Assembly (NCBI GenBank): GCA_946965045.2
Contig: OX337235.1
Span: forward strand, 1,612,001 to 1,676,000
Source: Epithemia pelagica
Lineage: Eukaryota; Protista; Bacillariophyta
DNA length: 64,000 nucleotides
Direction: 5' to 3'
In this document: positions 24,668 through 36,847 of the stretch, piece by piece
Numbering within the stretch: the stretch's first letter is position 1
Layout: each line of letters begins with the position of its first letter
The notes under the pieces: model-generated
What the model was told of the DNA's origin: nothing
Seen by the model: the letters and a program-made list of their open reading frames with translations, nothing else
Database searches by the model: none
Made by a program: the position numbers and the translations under genes

Positions 24668-26365
24668 ATGGCGACTGAGATTGTCATAACGCATCGTCAC
24701 GACGACGATGGAAGCCTCGGCGACATGTCGTCTTTGGTTTCCCCAACGACAATGTGGATGCAGGGAAATACAATGCCCGTCGCTGCGTTCCCCCAAAAAG
24801 TCTCGATTCATACCGGTGGAGTCGACTTGAAAACATTGTTGAGTCAAGGTGGAAATGACAACACAAACAACTCGAATGATTATATCTTTACTGACGATGA
24901 GTCTGGAAGTTCACCTGCTGCGTCCCGTATCGAAGAAGAAGAGGATCTGCTTTCACCCATTTCCTCGACATCAATTTTGGGAGTAGAACCTCCATTCAGT
25001 GAAGAGCCTAGCCTACCCCCAAAACCTAGTGCAACGAAAGAGGATGTGACGCTCAGTTCGACCAAGGATTGGTCTGTTCACAACCAACAACGTGGACGCG
25101 AAGTTGCCAAGCATGTTCTCCAGAAGGTGAGATCCAAGAAAAGTCCAGAGGCCATGTCTGCCGCCACTAAGCCCACGCTTCGATATTCGACGAGTGCTGA
25201 TACTTACAATTCTGATGATGTGGAGCAACAGCTCCAAGATAATCGTCGCTCAGCACCTTCTCCGACTAAAACGTCCAAGGGTCCCCGCCGCAATATTTTG
25301 CATCGCTGTATGAACCGCCTTCGTCGTCAAAGAAGAAATTTCTTAGACAAGGTCTTTCATTCAAATGCACCAGCCAAGATTTCGGAATCCCCAACTGCTG
25401 CGCAAACATCCGCGACGGAAAGTACGGTTGCTCAAGTTCCGTCGAACCGTAGCACTGGCAGCTTGGACAGCTTAAAGAGTTCTCCCCATATATATGATGA
25501 CGTTGACTCAGAAGAATGGAATTATGGCGAGGAAAAAAGCGTAGATGAAGAATCGATATACATTGAAGAAGTAGGGAAGGGGGAGCGTCAGGAACGAGGG
25601 AAAGACAAGAAGGCGACGGAGCAAGATGATCCTACACCTAAACGAAGCAACGTCAACCCCAACAATAAGGATACAACTTGGTCGGGGCGGAAGAAGATGC
25701 TTCGACCAAAAAGTGTCGTAACGAACTTTTCGATGGATGACAAGAAACAGATACATCGCACCTCCCAAGTTGTCGATTCGATCCTTCGACAGTTTGTTGA
25801 TGACAATGCAAAGAACGGCGGCACTCCATCATCAACGGAGATCAAGAAACCCATTGGATCCGTTCTCTTAGCACGTCGAGAGAGCGGAAATGGAAATTCC
25901 AAGTCGATCCTTCAGAGAAATCGTACCATAGAAGAATCAGAAAAGGTCAAGGTCGGTAAGAGTTCCCCTTCAGTCCTACAAAGACAAAATGACCAAGAAG
26001 ATTCCCCGAAGGTCGGAAAAGGCAACATGGCAAGTGAAGGCAACGAGACACGCATGGCAACCTCACGTGTTCGTAATCTTGCGGATGCTGCAGAAGAAAT
26101 AAGGAAACTGGGTCCGGAAGGAGAGTTGTATCTTGCCAGACAACTGGAGATGCTGCGAGCTCAAGAGGCGAATGGAAGCAAACGGAAATTAGACCAACGA
26201 GACACTAACAGAGATCAGCCGCCCGTTAACAGCGATTTTGGAAAGGAAAATGAACCGGTGGAGTTGAATCACATCGGGAGGGGGAGGACATTAGGCGACA
26301 AACATGGTACTAACATGGGTACGGAATCGATGCGCTTCCGTGCAACACTTCAGCCTCGTCAATAG
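24668..26365 (+). CDS. Uncharacterised Ser/Glu/Lys-rich, probably disordered protein
   Basis: 573-codon ORF, low complexity, no recognisable domain. Confidence 0.65.
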   Translation: MATEIVITHRHDDDGSLGDMSSLVSPTTMWMQGNTMPVAAFPQKVSIHTGGVDLKTLLSQGGNDNTNNSNDYIFTDDESGSSPAASRIEEEEDLLSPISSTSILGVEPPFSEEPSLPPKPSATKEDVTLSSTKDWSVHNQQRGREVAKHVLQKVRSKKSPEAMSAATKPTLRYSTSADTYNSDDVEQQLQDNRRSAPSPTKTSKGPRRNILHRCMNRLRRQRRNFLDKVFHSNAPAKISESPTAAQTSATESTVAQVPSNRSTGSLDSLKSSPHIYDDVDSEEWNYGEEKSVDEESIYIEEVGKGERQERGKDKKATEQDDPTPKRSNVNPNNKDTTWSGRKKMLRPKSVVTNFSMDDKKQIHRTSQVVDSILRQFVDDNAKNGGTPSSTEIKKPIGSVLLARRESGNGNSKSILQRNRTIEESEKVKVGKSSPSVLQRQNDQEDSPKVGKGNMASEGNETRMATSRVRNLADAAEEIRKLGPEGELYLARQLEMLRAQEANGSKRKLDQRDTNRDQPPVNSDFGKENEPVELNHIGRGRTLGDKHGTNMGTESMRFRATLQPRQ

Positions 26366-26756
26366 ATGAAAACAACGAAAATCTTTGATTCAAACAACAA
26401 TCCGCTTTATGTTTGTTAGTGGAGAATGGTACGCAAAAATGTGTGACTGTTAACGACACACATCATTTCAGAAAGACTCCTGGGGTTATTGTTAACCAGT
26501 AAGATGCTCTTTTATTACTCCTACTCCTATTTTTGTTTCTTCGGGTTTGATAGTGTGAGAGAGACTTCGGCCGTCCCAAGATGTACCTACGCAGGATATG
26601 GCCTCATACTCCATCGTAGGTAAAACAGGAGGTGTGAACGTGACCCAGATGTAGAGTTGAGATAGTTTGAGTCTTAGGTTCTTTCCGTTTGACGCGGCAT
26701 GCGGCATTCCCCATTCCCCATTCCCCATCTCGCGCACGACCACTCAAAAAATTACC

Positions 26757-28515
26757 ATGGATGAGGGTGGTGGGAAACCGAATGACGAGGCTCCGGCCGA
26801 AGAGTCATTGCAGCGTGAGGACAATGGAAATACAGGGAGAGAAGTCCACCATGAGAATAAAGATGGCTACGGTGACCGCGGTGAATATGCTGGGAATGAC
26901 CGAAATAATAGCTTCGGTGGAAATAACATGAGCTCTTCGGCGGAACCAATGCGCCCGGTCTTTTTGGCGAATCTACACAGCGGATATACGACTGAAGATG
27001 TGATCGCGATCTTTGAACGCCCTATGCTACCACCATCATTGGCAAGAGAACAAGAAGAAAGCGGAAGAGACCATGGACCGGTGGTTGTCGACCGGATTGA
27101 TGTGAAACGTGGTTATTGCTTTGTATTTTTGAAGGATGCCCAAGACTACAATGACCTGAAGCGTATTGAACGCTTTGTCATGGAAATCAACGGAATGTAA
27201 GCAACTCATCCAAATGACACACCGTCATTATTAACCTACGAGGTCTTCCACCGTCCACAGTGAAGCGTTTTTTGCAGCTTTTTGTGCCAATGATGATCAA
27301 CTATTCATCATCACCCGTTGCTCCCACATCAATCGGTAATCTCTTCCTTATATTGCTGGTGTCTCTGCGAATAAACGTGTTTCAAGTCTACAATTTTTGT
27401 GTTTCCTCCTTCGCCAAACGTTTTCTTCAATTCTACCTTCTTCCAACGACTGACATCTCATTCTTCCCTTCTACTTGCCTACTTCAAACAGGGGAGTTCC
27501 ACGAGTCTCTGACGCGCTTCGTTCCGAATTTGCTCGAGGGGACGGACGGGTGAAACGAAAGGAAGATGAACGTCGGAAGAACATTTCACCCTCGGACACC
27601 CTCTTCGTTGTGAATTTCAACGAAGCCACAACGCGACGAGAAGATCTCCAGTGCCTCTTTGAACCATTTGGAGAACTTCTCCGAATTGACATCAAGAGAA
27701 ACTATGCGTTCGTACAGTTCAAGACGATTGACGAGGCCACCAAGGCCAAGGAGATGATCAATGGGGGAAAGCTCGACCAGTCGGTCCTTACTGTAGAATA
27801 TGTCGCACGGCCAAGAATGGATGAGCCTCGACGTGGTCGCATGGGCGATGGAATGGATGGCCGTCGACGCATGGGCGGCGGAAGAGGAGGAGACCGCTAC
27901 GATGACCGACGTCGATTCGATGGTCCTCCTCAAGGTTCGTATCGCGGTGGAAGTGGAGGTATGGGAGGTCCTCCATTTCCGTCCTATGGTGGCGGTGGGG
28001 GCGGTATGGGAGACCGCTACGATGGTAGAGATCGCCGGTACAACGATAGGGATCGGTACAATGGTGGTGGCGGTGGTGGCATGGGGGGAGGCGGATATCT
28101 GGATGATCGCAACCGTCGATCGCGTAGTCCTCTCCAAGGTTACCGTCGACGATCCTCGAGAAGCCGCTCACGCAGTCCGGGTCAAGGTGGACCTCCTCCC
28201 CAACGTTATGGCTTCCGTGATCGTAGTCCACCTCGCATGGGAGGTCGCTATGATGACCGATACCGAGGAGATGACTTTCGTGGAGGTAGTGGTCCAGGCG
28301 GCGGTGGTGGAACTGGACGTTTGAGTCCTCACATGGGCGGTGGTGGACCCCCGCCCAGCACGGGAGGCGGTGGTGACGGTGGTAATGATTGGGATGGAGG
28401 GCGAAGTCGCAGTTCACCTCCACAAGATGGCATGCGAGGAGGCGGTGGTGGCCCTACCAGTGATTACCGTTCCTTAATCGATCACCGCGATCGGGATCGT
28501 GGATACCGTTCTTAA
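26757..28515 (+). CDS. Two-RRM serine/arginine-rich splicing factor (RS31/RS41-like) with Gly/Arg-rich tail; exons 26757-27196 and 27492-28515, possible extra exon 27261-27335
   Basis: MRPVFLANL...IDVKRGYCFVFL; SDTLFVVNF...TRREDL..LFEPFG...IDIKRNYAFVQF...LTVEYV; RSRSP repeats. Confidence 0.88.
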
Positions 28516-29122
28516 CCACAAGCAAGATTTAGTAGGGTTTCTTGTTGTTGTCTGAACATGATCGCTTTCGCATCCTTTCTGTAGTATCTCCATCTTAGAT
28601 TCGTGTCAGATTATGTGGCTTTGGATAGAGATTTAATACATTACTATAGGTCGCAAAACTTGAATGAAACTGGGAAACATTGAACTGGAAGCACCAAAAG
28701 AGACGTAGGTAGAAAAAAGCACGGCGCCTGAAACTGTTGGAAACCCGATAGCGTCAATCAACATGATGTATACCTTCGAATGAGCGCTCCTGCTTCTTGG
28801 CCCCAGTTTCTTGTGTTATCATACATCCTTACATTTGGTTCCTAGAATGAATTAAGTGATAGTTAATTGGTTGTGATCGTCTTCTGCCTTGACCTTCTGG
28901 CAATCAATCTCTAAGACTAGGAGTCTTTGTTTGTGGTGCTGGTTGAGGTGTCAAAATAAGTGGGTCGCCTGCACTAATTGTCTCACTATTATTGTCATAT
29001 TTCTATCTCTACTCTTGTCTAAAGAACTGTCTCGGTTTGTAAAGTTTTGAGCGATGAGGCGGAGGAGGAAGATTGTGCGACTGTGCTGTTCAGTGTACCT
29101 TGAGAATGGCGTGTACTTGTTG

Positions 29123-30424
29123 TTAAGCCTGTTGAAGGCACAAAATGAGCTGCTGAGAGGCTGTTGCGAGGGCCAAATGATGAGAATCTCCAAAGATTTG
29201 CGCCGCTTCCAATACACCACCCAATGCATTGTTTTGCCGTTGGTGATTGAAGTAAATGATTTGAAGTCGCAACGCCGGAACACAACGACACAGAGCCACA
29301 AGTGATTGCATGGCAAAGTAGGCCCGATGCGGATGGTGGTGCATTCCACTCACTTTTTGCAACATGCATTCCACCAATTTCAAGTTACCATTCTTTGTAT
29401 GATTTGTCTGCAAAAAGGTGGAAATATCCATCGACCTTGACTCCGCCGCAACTTGGAAGGCTTGCGTGACGACCACGAGTGCCATGTGAGAAATTTCGGT
29501 AGTATTGTCATCTTGGCAAGCCAATTGCAAAATACCTCTTGATATGCGTTCTTGTGTTTCGGTTTGCGGAAACAGCAGACACAAAGTCGTGGGTACGGCA
29601 ACAGACAATCCGCTTCGATTGGGATCAGTCATGTGGAGCAAAGACTCCATGCCAAGCCGTTGTACATCGTACAGATCTGTGGAAAGAAAGCTCCACGCGG
29701 TTTCCAATGCATCCGAGATGCAACTTTTGTCCGAATGTACGAACGGTTGTTGCATGATCGTATCAGCTTGTCGCAGCAGGGTACCATTCCAAAAACAGGG
29801 CGCAGACGTGGTCAATCTTGAATGACCTTCACTATCCTCGCTATCATCCCCATTGTCGCTTGTAGACAGCATTTGCACCACTTTTTGTGCGTACTCGTGG
29901 TATGAGTAGGTATCACCGTCACAGTGTTGCACTTCCACAATTATGGAATCTTCGTCCTCGGTGCCCTCTCTGCCTGCAAAGAACAAGACTTCAAATTCCA
30001 CCTGGTTCATGGATTCACATGAAGCCGAAACAGGAGAATTGTGGTACTCCACTTTCAACGAAAGCTTGCGAAATAGCTTGGGTAAACGTTTCAAAATACT
30101 TCTGAGTCGATCTTTCTTAACTCGAACATGGCAGGGCGAAAGTGGGTGATACAAGCCTAGCATTGTCAAAGTTGGATCGGTCCACCCGAGGTTGTCTGGA
30201 ATTTCCATTGAAGAAGAAACTTTTGGCTTCGAAGTATCGCCACCATTCAGCAAGGGTGCTTTCTGTTCGCTCTGTACGGATTCCAGCTGTCCTACCGTTG
30301 ATTCCACTAGCATTCTGGCCGAACGAAAGACGGGTGCCCGTTTCGAGGCTTCATCCTCACTCCGAAGGTCAAGCATTGAAAAACCATTATTAGAAGTTGT
30401 CGTCGTAGAGTCAGAGGATTGCAT
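29123..30424 (-). CDS. Uncharacterised 433-aa protein (beta-rich middle region, helical C-terminus)
   Basis: Long single ORF with protein-like composition; no family confidently recognised. Confidence 0.65.
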   Translation of the reverse strand: MQSSDSTTTTSNNGFSMLDLRSEDEASKRAPVFRSARMLVESTVGQLESVQSEQKAPLLNGGDTSKPKVSSSMEIPDNLGWTDPTLTMLGLYHPLSPCHVRVKKDRLRSILKRLPKLFRKLSLKVEYHNSPVSASCESMNQVEFEVLFFAGREGTEDEDSIIVEVQHCDGDTYSYHEYAQKVVQMLSTSDNGDDSEDSEGHSRLTTSAPCFWNGTLLRQADTIMQQPFVHSDKSCISDALETAWSFLSTDLYDVQRLGMESLLHMTDPNRSGLSVAVPTTLCLLFPQTETQERISRGILQLACQDDNTTEISHMALVVVTQAFQVAAESRSMDISTFLQTNHTKNGNLKLVECMLQKVSGMHHHPHRAYFAMQSLVALCRCVPALRLQIIYFNHQRQNNALGGVLEAAQIFGDSHHLALATASQQLILCLQQA

Positions 30425-32637
30425 AGTTGAAGCCGTGCGAGTGAACTTGTTCTTGCGTGGTGTAAGTTTTTTATGATGGGATCCAAAGAGGTTACGTTAC
30501 GTGAAAGGCCAAACCCATGCACGTCTGGATTTCTGATCTCCCCCAAAGGCGTCACTTTTTACGCCATATCGAACAGCTAGGGCGTGTTTTCGGACGCTCG
30601 AATGTAGAACATCTGCATTGGTTTCAGCAATAATAAGCACCAAAACCAATCGTGTACCTTACGTGAAAAAACGTGAAACTCTAAATAGTTGCAGCCTTGC
30701 CACTTGCCGGTTGGCACTTCTCACTGGCACAAGTTATATAGGAATCCGATCGAGTCGTCTCGATAAGGAGTACACGTTCTGGTTGATGATTCACTTAACA
30801 CACCGCAGACAAGACTCGACCTATCATAACTAGTTCTCTAGGCATGCTATAGGAGACGAGATTGGCGCCTCGGGATTACCAATATTGGCTTACATGTGAG
30901 AATCAAATGATACATGTGAGAACCTGTGGTCATTGGGAAATGGACAATCATGCAGGAATACGTACAGGATACGTAGCCACGGTACATTTGAGAGAGGAAT
31001 CAGTAGATCCTTGTAGCCACAGTACATTTGTGAAGAAATGCACGTGATCTCTGTACCCAGTACTGGGGACAATAACCTAAAGTGGCCCATGGGGAAAGAT
31101 ATACAAATCTGGAATAAAGCTCACAATCTATACTCACCATACATCACATCTCTTTGTGTCCTACGTACTCTCCTAGTAGTTGTTGGCCTTTCCTTGACCC
31201 GTGGGAACTGGCTACGTAGTTGGTGACTCCTGATTGTCTCTGTCTGAGGCTTTGGTACAGCCTCTAAAATCTACTCATTCCTGTTTGGGCAGAAGCCCTT
31301 TAACCTTTGCGACTGACCCACGCATCTTGGACATTGTAGGCGTGCCGATCAAATACAATACAAATACTCCTAGCAACTAGGAAATACTCCTAGCTCCTAG
31401 GTAGGAGTATGTGGGTATAGAGGAGTGAGTACTCCTAGGAGTAACTGTTAACTGGTGCGACTGATTATCATGTATCATGTCGAGGGTCGAGAATAATGAT
31501 ACTATGCCTCTACGATTAAAAACGAAGATGAACCCATTCTGGAATTCTGTCCATAAAAATAGTAGTAGTACGACGTACGACTCGCAACTCGCAACTCGCA
31601 ATGGTAGTCGATAGTTGACACTTGACAATTGACAACACTGACAACAAGATTGAGGCCGGACATTTTCGTTCTTCGCACAAAGCGGCCTGTTTTTGAGTTT
31701 TGCGGCTACTACTCCTAGATACTAAGTTCTCCGCTCTACTAAAGAGAGGAGTAGGTACTACCTGCCCGGTACTACCTACTACTAGTGGAGAAGATCTGAA
31801 ACCTGAAACCTCTACTAGTGCCTACTAGGGTGGCGCGCCTAGGGCGCGCGGTTTTGCGCCCAAATCGCAGGGTTGGGAATGGGGGATAACTTCTCGAATA
31901 TTGACTCCCAGACCATGGTGTTCGATATTTAGCATCTCCAGACAATGCCTTCGGTCCCCTTGATGGGTGGTCTTGTCCATGGGCCATGGTTATAGATATA
32001 GAAGTAGCTAAGGTAGGACCATTTTTTCAGTGGGCACGATTTGGGCTCGTTTTTGGCCAATGGGCAGGGTTGGGAATGGTGCACCACTTCATGGAAATCG
32101 AATGAACCAGGCTAGAATTGCGGCTTTGAGACCTTGGTGGTGTGTTCTAAGGAACTTTTAAGTTTGGTGAGGCTATGGTGGACTCTTCAGTGTGTATGCT
32201 CTCTGATCGATTGGACGTATCTTCTTTTCATCACTGTGTTTTCCTATTTCTATTCATAGACTAAGTGAGTGTTTCAACAGTAAATGTAACTAGTAGTTCT
32301 TCGAGTAAGCAGCTTAAGGAAAGCGAGTGTTGTCGTAAAAGGCTTCAGCATGAAGGTCTGGCTGATTTTCCTCAAAGTCAAACGACAAATTACTGTTGAC
32401 TCCAGTGCCACATGAGGACATTGTGGTGTTCGACACGTTGCTGATTCATCCAAAGTTTGGTTTCCTGCTTCTTCCTCCATTGGAGAGGGATACTCATAGT
32501 CTTTGTTGTCTTGCTCCTCTGCTGGTCCCACCATCCCTTCTCTACCTGACCCGTTCCCTATGCTCCTTCACCTGTCCCTCCTACTCCTACATGGGACAGG
32601 TTCCCTCTGCTCCTCCCATCTCTCCTGCTCCTACACT

Positions 32638-33345
32638 TGGCAGAATTCTCACCAACAACTAGGTTGTGGTGGAATCTACAACTCATCGACTGATGCTAGT
32701 ATTTTATGGCATCCGATGACATTTTCGTAAAAGTGAGAAAAGAATGACGGCATGCTCGCAGACCTTTTAATTCGGCCAAGGCATGCTCGCAATGCAAGTG
32801 TTATGAGCGACCGATCGGATATTAATTATGGCCCAACACGTGCGCGCCCATTATTCTCAAGCGCGCGCAATCAATATCCGAGTACGCACCTCCACGACTT
32901 AGCCCAACGGCCTAAGTAACCGAAGCACGAATCACGATCACGCGAGACCATATCTCTATTCCCACAAATCGAAGAATGCAAACAGCAACGCGCCAAGGAA
33001 ACTACCTATATCATGACAAAGCAAGAGCTGTTGGCATTGGTATATGATATACAAGTGCATATACTTCCAATACACAATATCCATGTCTACTCCAACCATA
33101 CCAGTCCTGTCAGCGCCATGAATATATTAGTCATGCACCCTGACCAGACCTGCACACCCACACACACACCGTAGTCCTAAAGCTCACAATCATTAACATT
33201 ACCATATCATCACGTCTTCAGTGTCCTGACTATCCCTACGATAGAACCCTTGGGTTTCCTTTGTTCTCTGACCTGTGGAGAACCTTGGTATCAGTTGGTA
33301 ATCGATTGTGGCTCTTCTAGAGCGTGTATTGATGAATCTCTACTA
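32638..33345 (+). repeat. LTR A (708 bp, TG...TA)
   Basis: About 7 substitutions versus LTR C by eye. Confidence 0.95.
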
Positions 33346-33363
33346 GATTAACAGTCTCACTGC
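33346..33363 (+). promoter_or_regulatory. Putative primer-binding site GATTAACAGTCTCACTGC (also at 36338-36355)
   Basis: Immediately 3' of LTRs A and B; reverse complement contains GACTGTTAATC, typical of a tRNA-Asn(GUU) anticodon arm. Confidence 0.6.
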
Positions 33364-33740
33364 TTATTTCCCTGCAGTTGCAATTGAAACCTTACTTACC
33401 CATCAACACCCGTTACAGAATGAGCTACCACAACAAACAAGAGTTAGAGGACAAAGCTACTCAACCCATCAACAGGGCCAGCCTGGCTAAGGCTAGGGTC
33501 ACCAATTCTCTCCTATTCCAGGACCTCAAGCTGCACCAGGACTCCGTACAACTACCTTCCCAATACTCATCCAACCAGTGAACCACTTTTGTTGAGGACT
33601 ACTACGAGTACGACGAAGAAGCCGCCTTCTGTTACTGAATCTCCGGTTCAACTCGATCACCGCAACGAGTCTGGAAGTGACCAAGAATAAGTAACTTTAA
33701 GTAGTTTTCACACCAAACCGGAGACAAAACCAAGTTCCGC

Positions 33741-33852
33741 ACATCCGGGTTACCTTTTGGACATCACAACACACATCCGGGTACTTCAACCGTGGCACAT
33801 CCGGGTTCCGAAGGCACACCACACATCCGGGTTGAGACTTTTACATCCGGGT
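33741..33852 (+). repeat. Five ACATCCGGGT motifs in the 5' leader of the first copia unit (three in the second unit, 36728-36804)
   Basis: Copies at 33741, 33773, 33797, 33823 and 33843. Confidence 0.9.
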
Positions 33853-33943
33853 TCTCATCACGAAGCACAAGACATTACTAAAGTTTTCGACTAAGACATC
33901 GCAGGACACATATCAACATATCTCATCACCAAGTCGAGCAATC

Positions 33944-35614
33944 ATGGAACCGACTACATCGACCACACCAGAGTTCCACCCCAATCAAAGTATATCTGAT
34001 CAAGAAGTCTTTGATCATATTACTCAGGTGTTGTTCAACTTTTCCAAGAAAAGGGTCGATGTACTCACGAAATGGATGCATCATCATGCTTTTGATGATA
34101 TACTCAGTATCATCGAACATATGGCGGATGACCCAGAGAAGAATATGGATAATATGGTCAAGTACAAGTCAGGAAAACAAATGCATGACCTACATATCAA
34201 CACAAGCCATCAGATCAAGTTGCTTGCCTACTGGTACCGACAAAAGAGCACCGATATCCAGAGTATCCCTTCCAAGGCAACCTGGATGAATCTGACCAAG
34301 GCAGAATTTGATCTATGGAGGATAAACACTGACTTTTGCTCTGGAAGCCCTATCACTGACCCAGTATCACCCATGAAGCCTCCATCCCATTCGACGTCAC
34401 CCAAATCGTTTAGTACTACTTCTGCTGCATCGCAGTCCCAACAGGACCTAACCGCATTCAAGAAGGGAACCAAGCGTGACGCTATGGCATATGAAACATT
34501 CAAGGATGAACGATACTACGACACGTTCTGGAGGACTTTCAAAACCACAGCAAAAGCCCAAGGTTTATCTCATGTTCTTGACTTCCGATACAAGCCGCCG
34601 ACAAATGATACGTATGCAACAGAACTTTTCCAAGAGCAACAGATCTTCCTATACTCCATCCTTGTGCGCATCATCCAGACTGACCAAGGAAGAGCTTATG
34701 TTCGCGAACATGAGCATGATGAAGATGCACGAGCAGTGTTAGAGAAGCTTCACACATTGCATACGAAGTCAGACTTAGCAAAACGAGAGGTCCTACGATT
34801 AACCAATTACATCTCCAACCTTCGCCTTGATGATACATGGCGCAATTCTTGCTTCATTTCCAAGACAAACTACGTTTACTCGATAACCTTGTTGATCTCT
34901 CTGATTGCATACCTGATCACACCAGGATGACGTTTCTTATGCAAGCTGTCGAGAAGGTACCTGACCTTCGCAGAGTGAAAATCTTGGACAACGTTGTCAA
35001 CACAAAGTCTGGAGCAAAGTCTTTACGTTATCAATCGTACTTCTCCATTTTGATGGACGCAGCATATGACCATGATCAAGTCACGCAATCTTCTGCAACT
35101 GGTTGTCGTCGTAGTGTCAAGCAACACGAGCAACACGAAACACAACATGATATTGAGGGATCCCTTCAGGAAGACGATGCATATCAGATAAACAATACCA
35201 ACGTCCAAGATGATAACACGGCATCTCCAAAAGCCAGTCTTCCTCGTGACCTATGGTTTAAACTTCCTGAGAATGCTCACAAGGTGATTGTTGAGTATAA
35301 CAGGAACGTGCAAGCTCCTACTCCGAGTCCAAGAAACGTACAGCAACACTCCCTTGACATTGATCCTGAACCTGATCCTGACCCTGGTCAAGATGTTTTC
35401 GACAACCTGGACAACCTCACATATCCGCAGGATGATTCCGATCCAGCCACCCATCTCATCCATCAAGCAATGACGTCAACCGACCTCAATCATCCAGCTT
35501 ATGATTTGTCTAATGTTCTATCCAATGCCGCATCCAAGACGAGTAAGAAAGTTAGTTTCAAAGAGAAAGAGCACAAGCAGAAGATCCACATGGCTCAGTA
35601 CATGTTCTCTCGAA
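33944..35614 (+). pseudogene. Copia gag, unit 1; frameshift near 34843, truncated by LTR B
   Basis: FKKGTKRDA..YETFKDERYYDTFWR, DQGRAYVREHEHDEDARAV; a short out-of-frame deletion relative to unit 2 (TWRGTTRQFLLHFQ) shifts the frame. Confidence 0.88.
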
Positions 35615-36337
35615 TGGCAGAATTCTCACCAACGACTAGGTGGTGGTGGAATCTACAACTCATCGACTGATGCTAGTATTTTATGGCATCCGATGACATT
35701 TTCGTAAAAGTGAGAAAAGAATGACGGCATGCTCGCAGACCTTTTAATTCGGCCAAGGCATGCTCGCAATGCAAGTGTTATGAGCGACCGATCGGATATT
35801 AATTATGGCCCAACACGTGCACGCCCATTATTCTCAAGCGCGCGCAATCAATATCCGAGTACGCACCTCCACGACTTAGCCCAACGGCCTAAGTAACCGA
35901 AGCACGAATCACGATCACGCGAGACCATATCTCTATTCCCACAAATCGAAGAATGCAAACGGCAACGCGCCAAGAAAACTACCTATATCACAACAAAGCA
36001 AGAGCTGTTGGCATTAGTATATGATATACAAGTGTATATACTTCCAATACACAATATCCATGTCTACACCAACCAGACCAGTCCTGTCAGCGCCATGAAT
36101 ATATCAGTCATGCACCCTGGCCAGACCTGCACATCAAAACACACACCGTAGTCCTAAAGCTCACAATCTAACAATATCACCATTTATCACATCCTCTTTT
36201 GTGTCCCGACTATCCTTTTGATAGACTACGACTTGGTTGTATCTCTGACCCGTGGAGATACTACTATCGGTTGGTGACCTACCTGATTGTCTGCTCTACC
36301 GAGCATTATCCCCCATGAGTTTGAAAGAATTCTACTA
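35615..36337 (+). repeat. LTR B (723 bp, internal; 5' part near-identical to A/C, 3' ~170 bp divergent)
   Basis: Direct comparison with LTRs A and C. Confidence 0.93.
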
Positions 36338-36847
36338 GATTAACAGTCTCACTGCTTATTTCCCTGCAGTTGCATTTGGAACCTTACTTACCCATCAACA
36401 CCCACTACAGATTGAGATACCCCAACAAACAAGAGTTAGAGGACAAAGCTACCCAACCCAACAACAGGGCCAGCCTGGCTAAGGCTAGGGTCACCAACCC
36501 TCTCCTATTCCAGGACCTCAAGCTGCACCAGGACTCCGTGCAACTACCTTCCCAATACTCACCTGACCAGTGAACCACTTTGTTGAGGACTACGAGCAAG
36601 ACGAGCAAGCTACCACTGTTCCTGATTCCCCGGTTCAACTCGATCACCGCAACGAGTCTGGAAGAGACCAAGAATAAGTATCTTTAAGTAGTTTTCACAC
36701 CAAACCAGAGACAAAACCGAGTTCCGCACATCCGGGTTACCTTTTGGACATCACAACACACATCCGGGTACTTTATACGTGGCATATACGTGGTACATCC
36801 GGGTTCATATCACACCACACATTAAATAAAACCAATCAAGTACTACC

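Noticed and set aside
27586-28423. Overlapping alternative-frame ORFs in the SR gene
   Set aside because: By-products of GC-rich Gly/Arg codon repeats.
32396-32730. ORFs ending ...WHPMTFS or ...GRILTNN (also near 35700 and 40960)
   Set aside because: Read-through into the LTR start; not genes.
33286-33295. TGGTATCAG resembling a tRNA-iMet PBS
   Set aside because: It lies inside the LTR (also present in LTR C before the TSD), is absent from LTR B, and is only a partial match.
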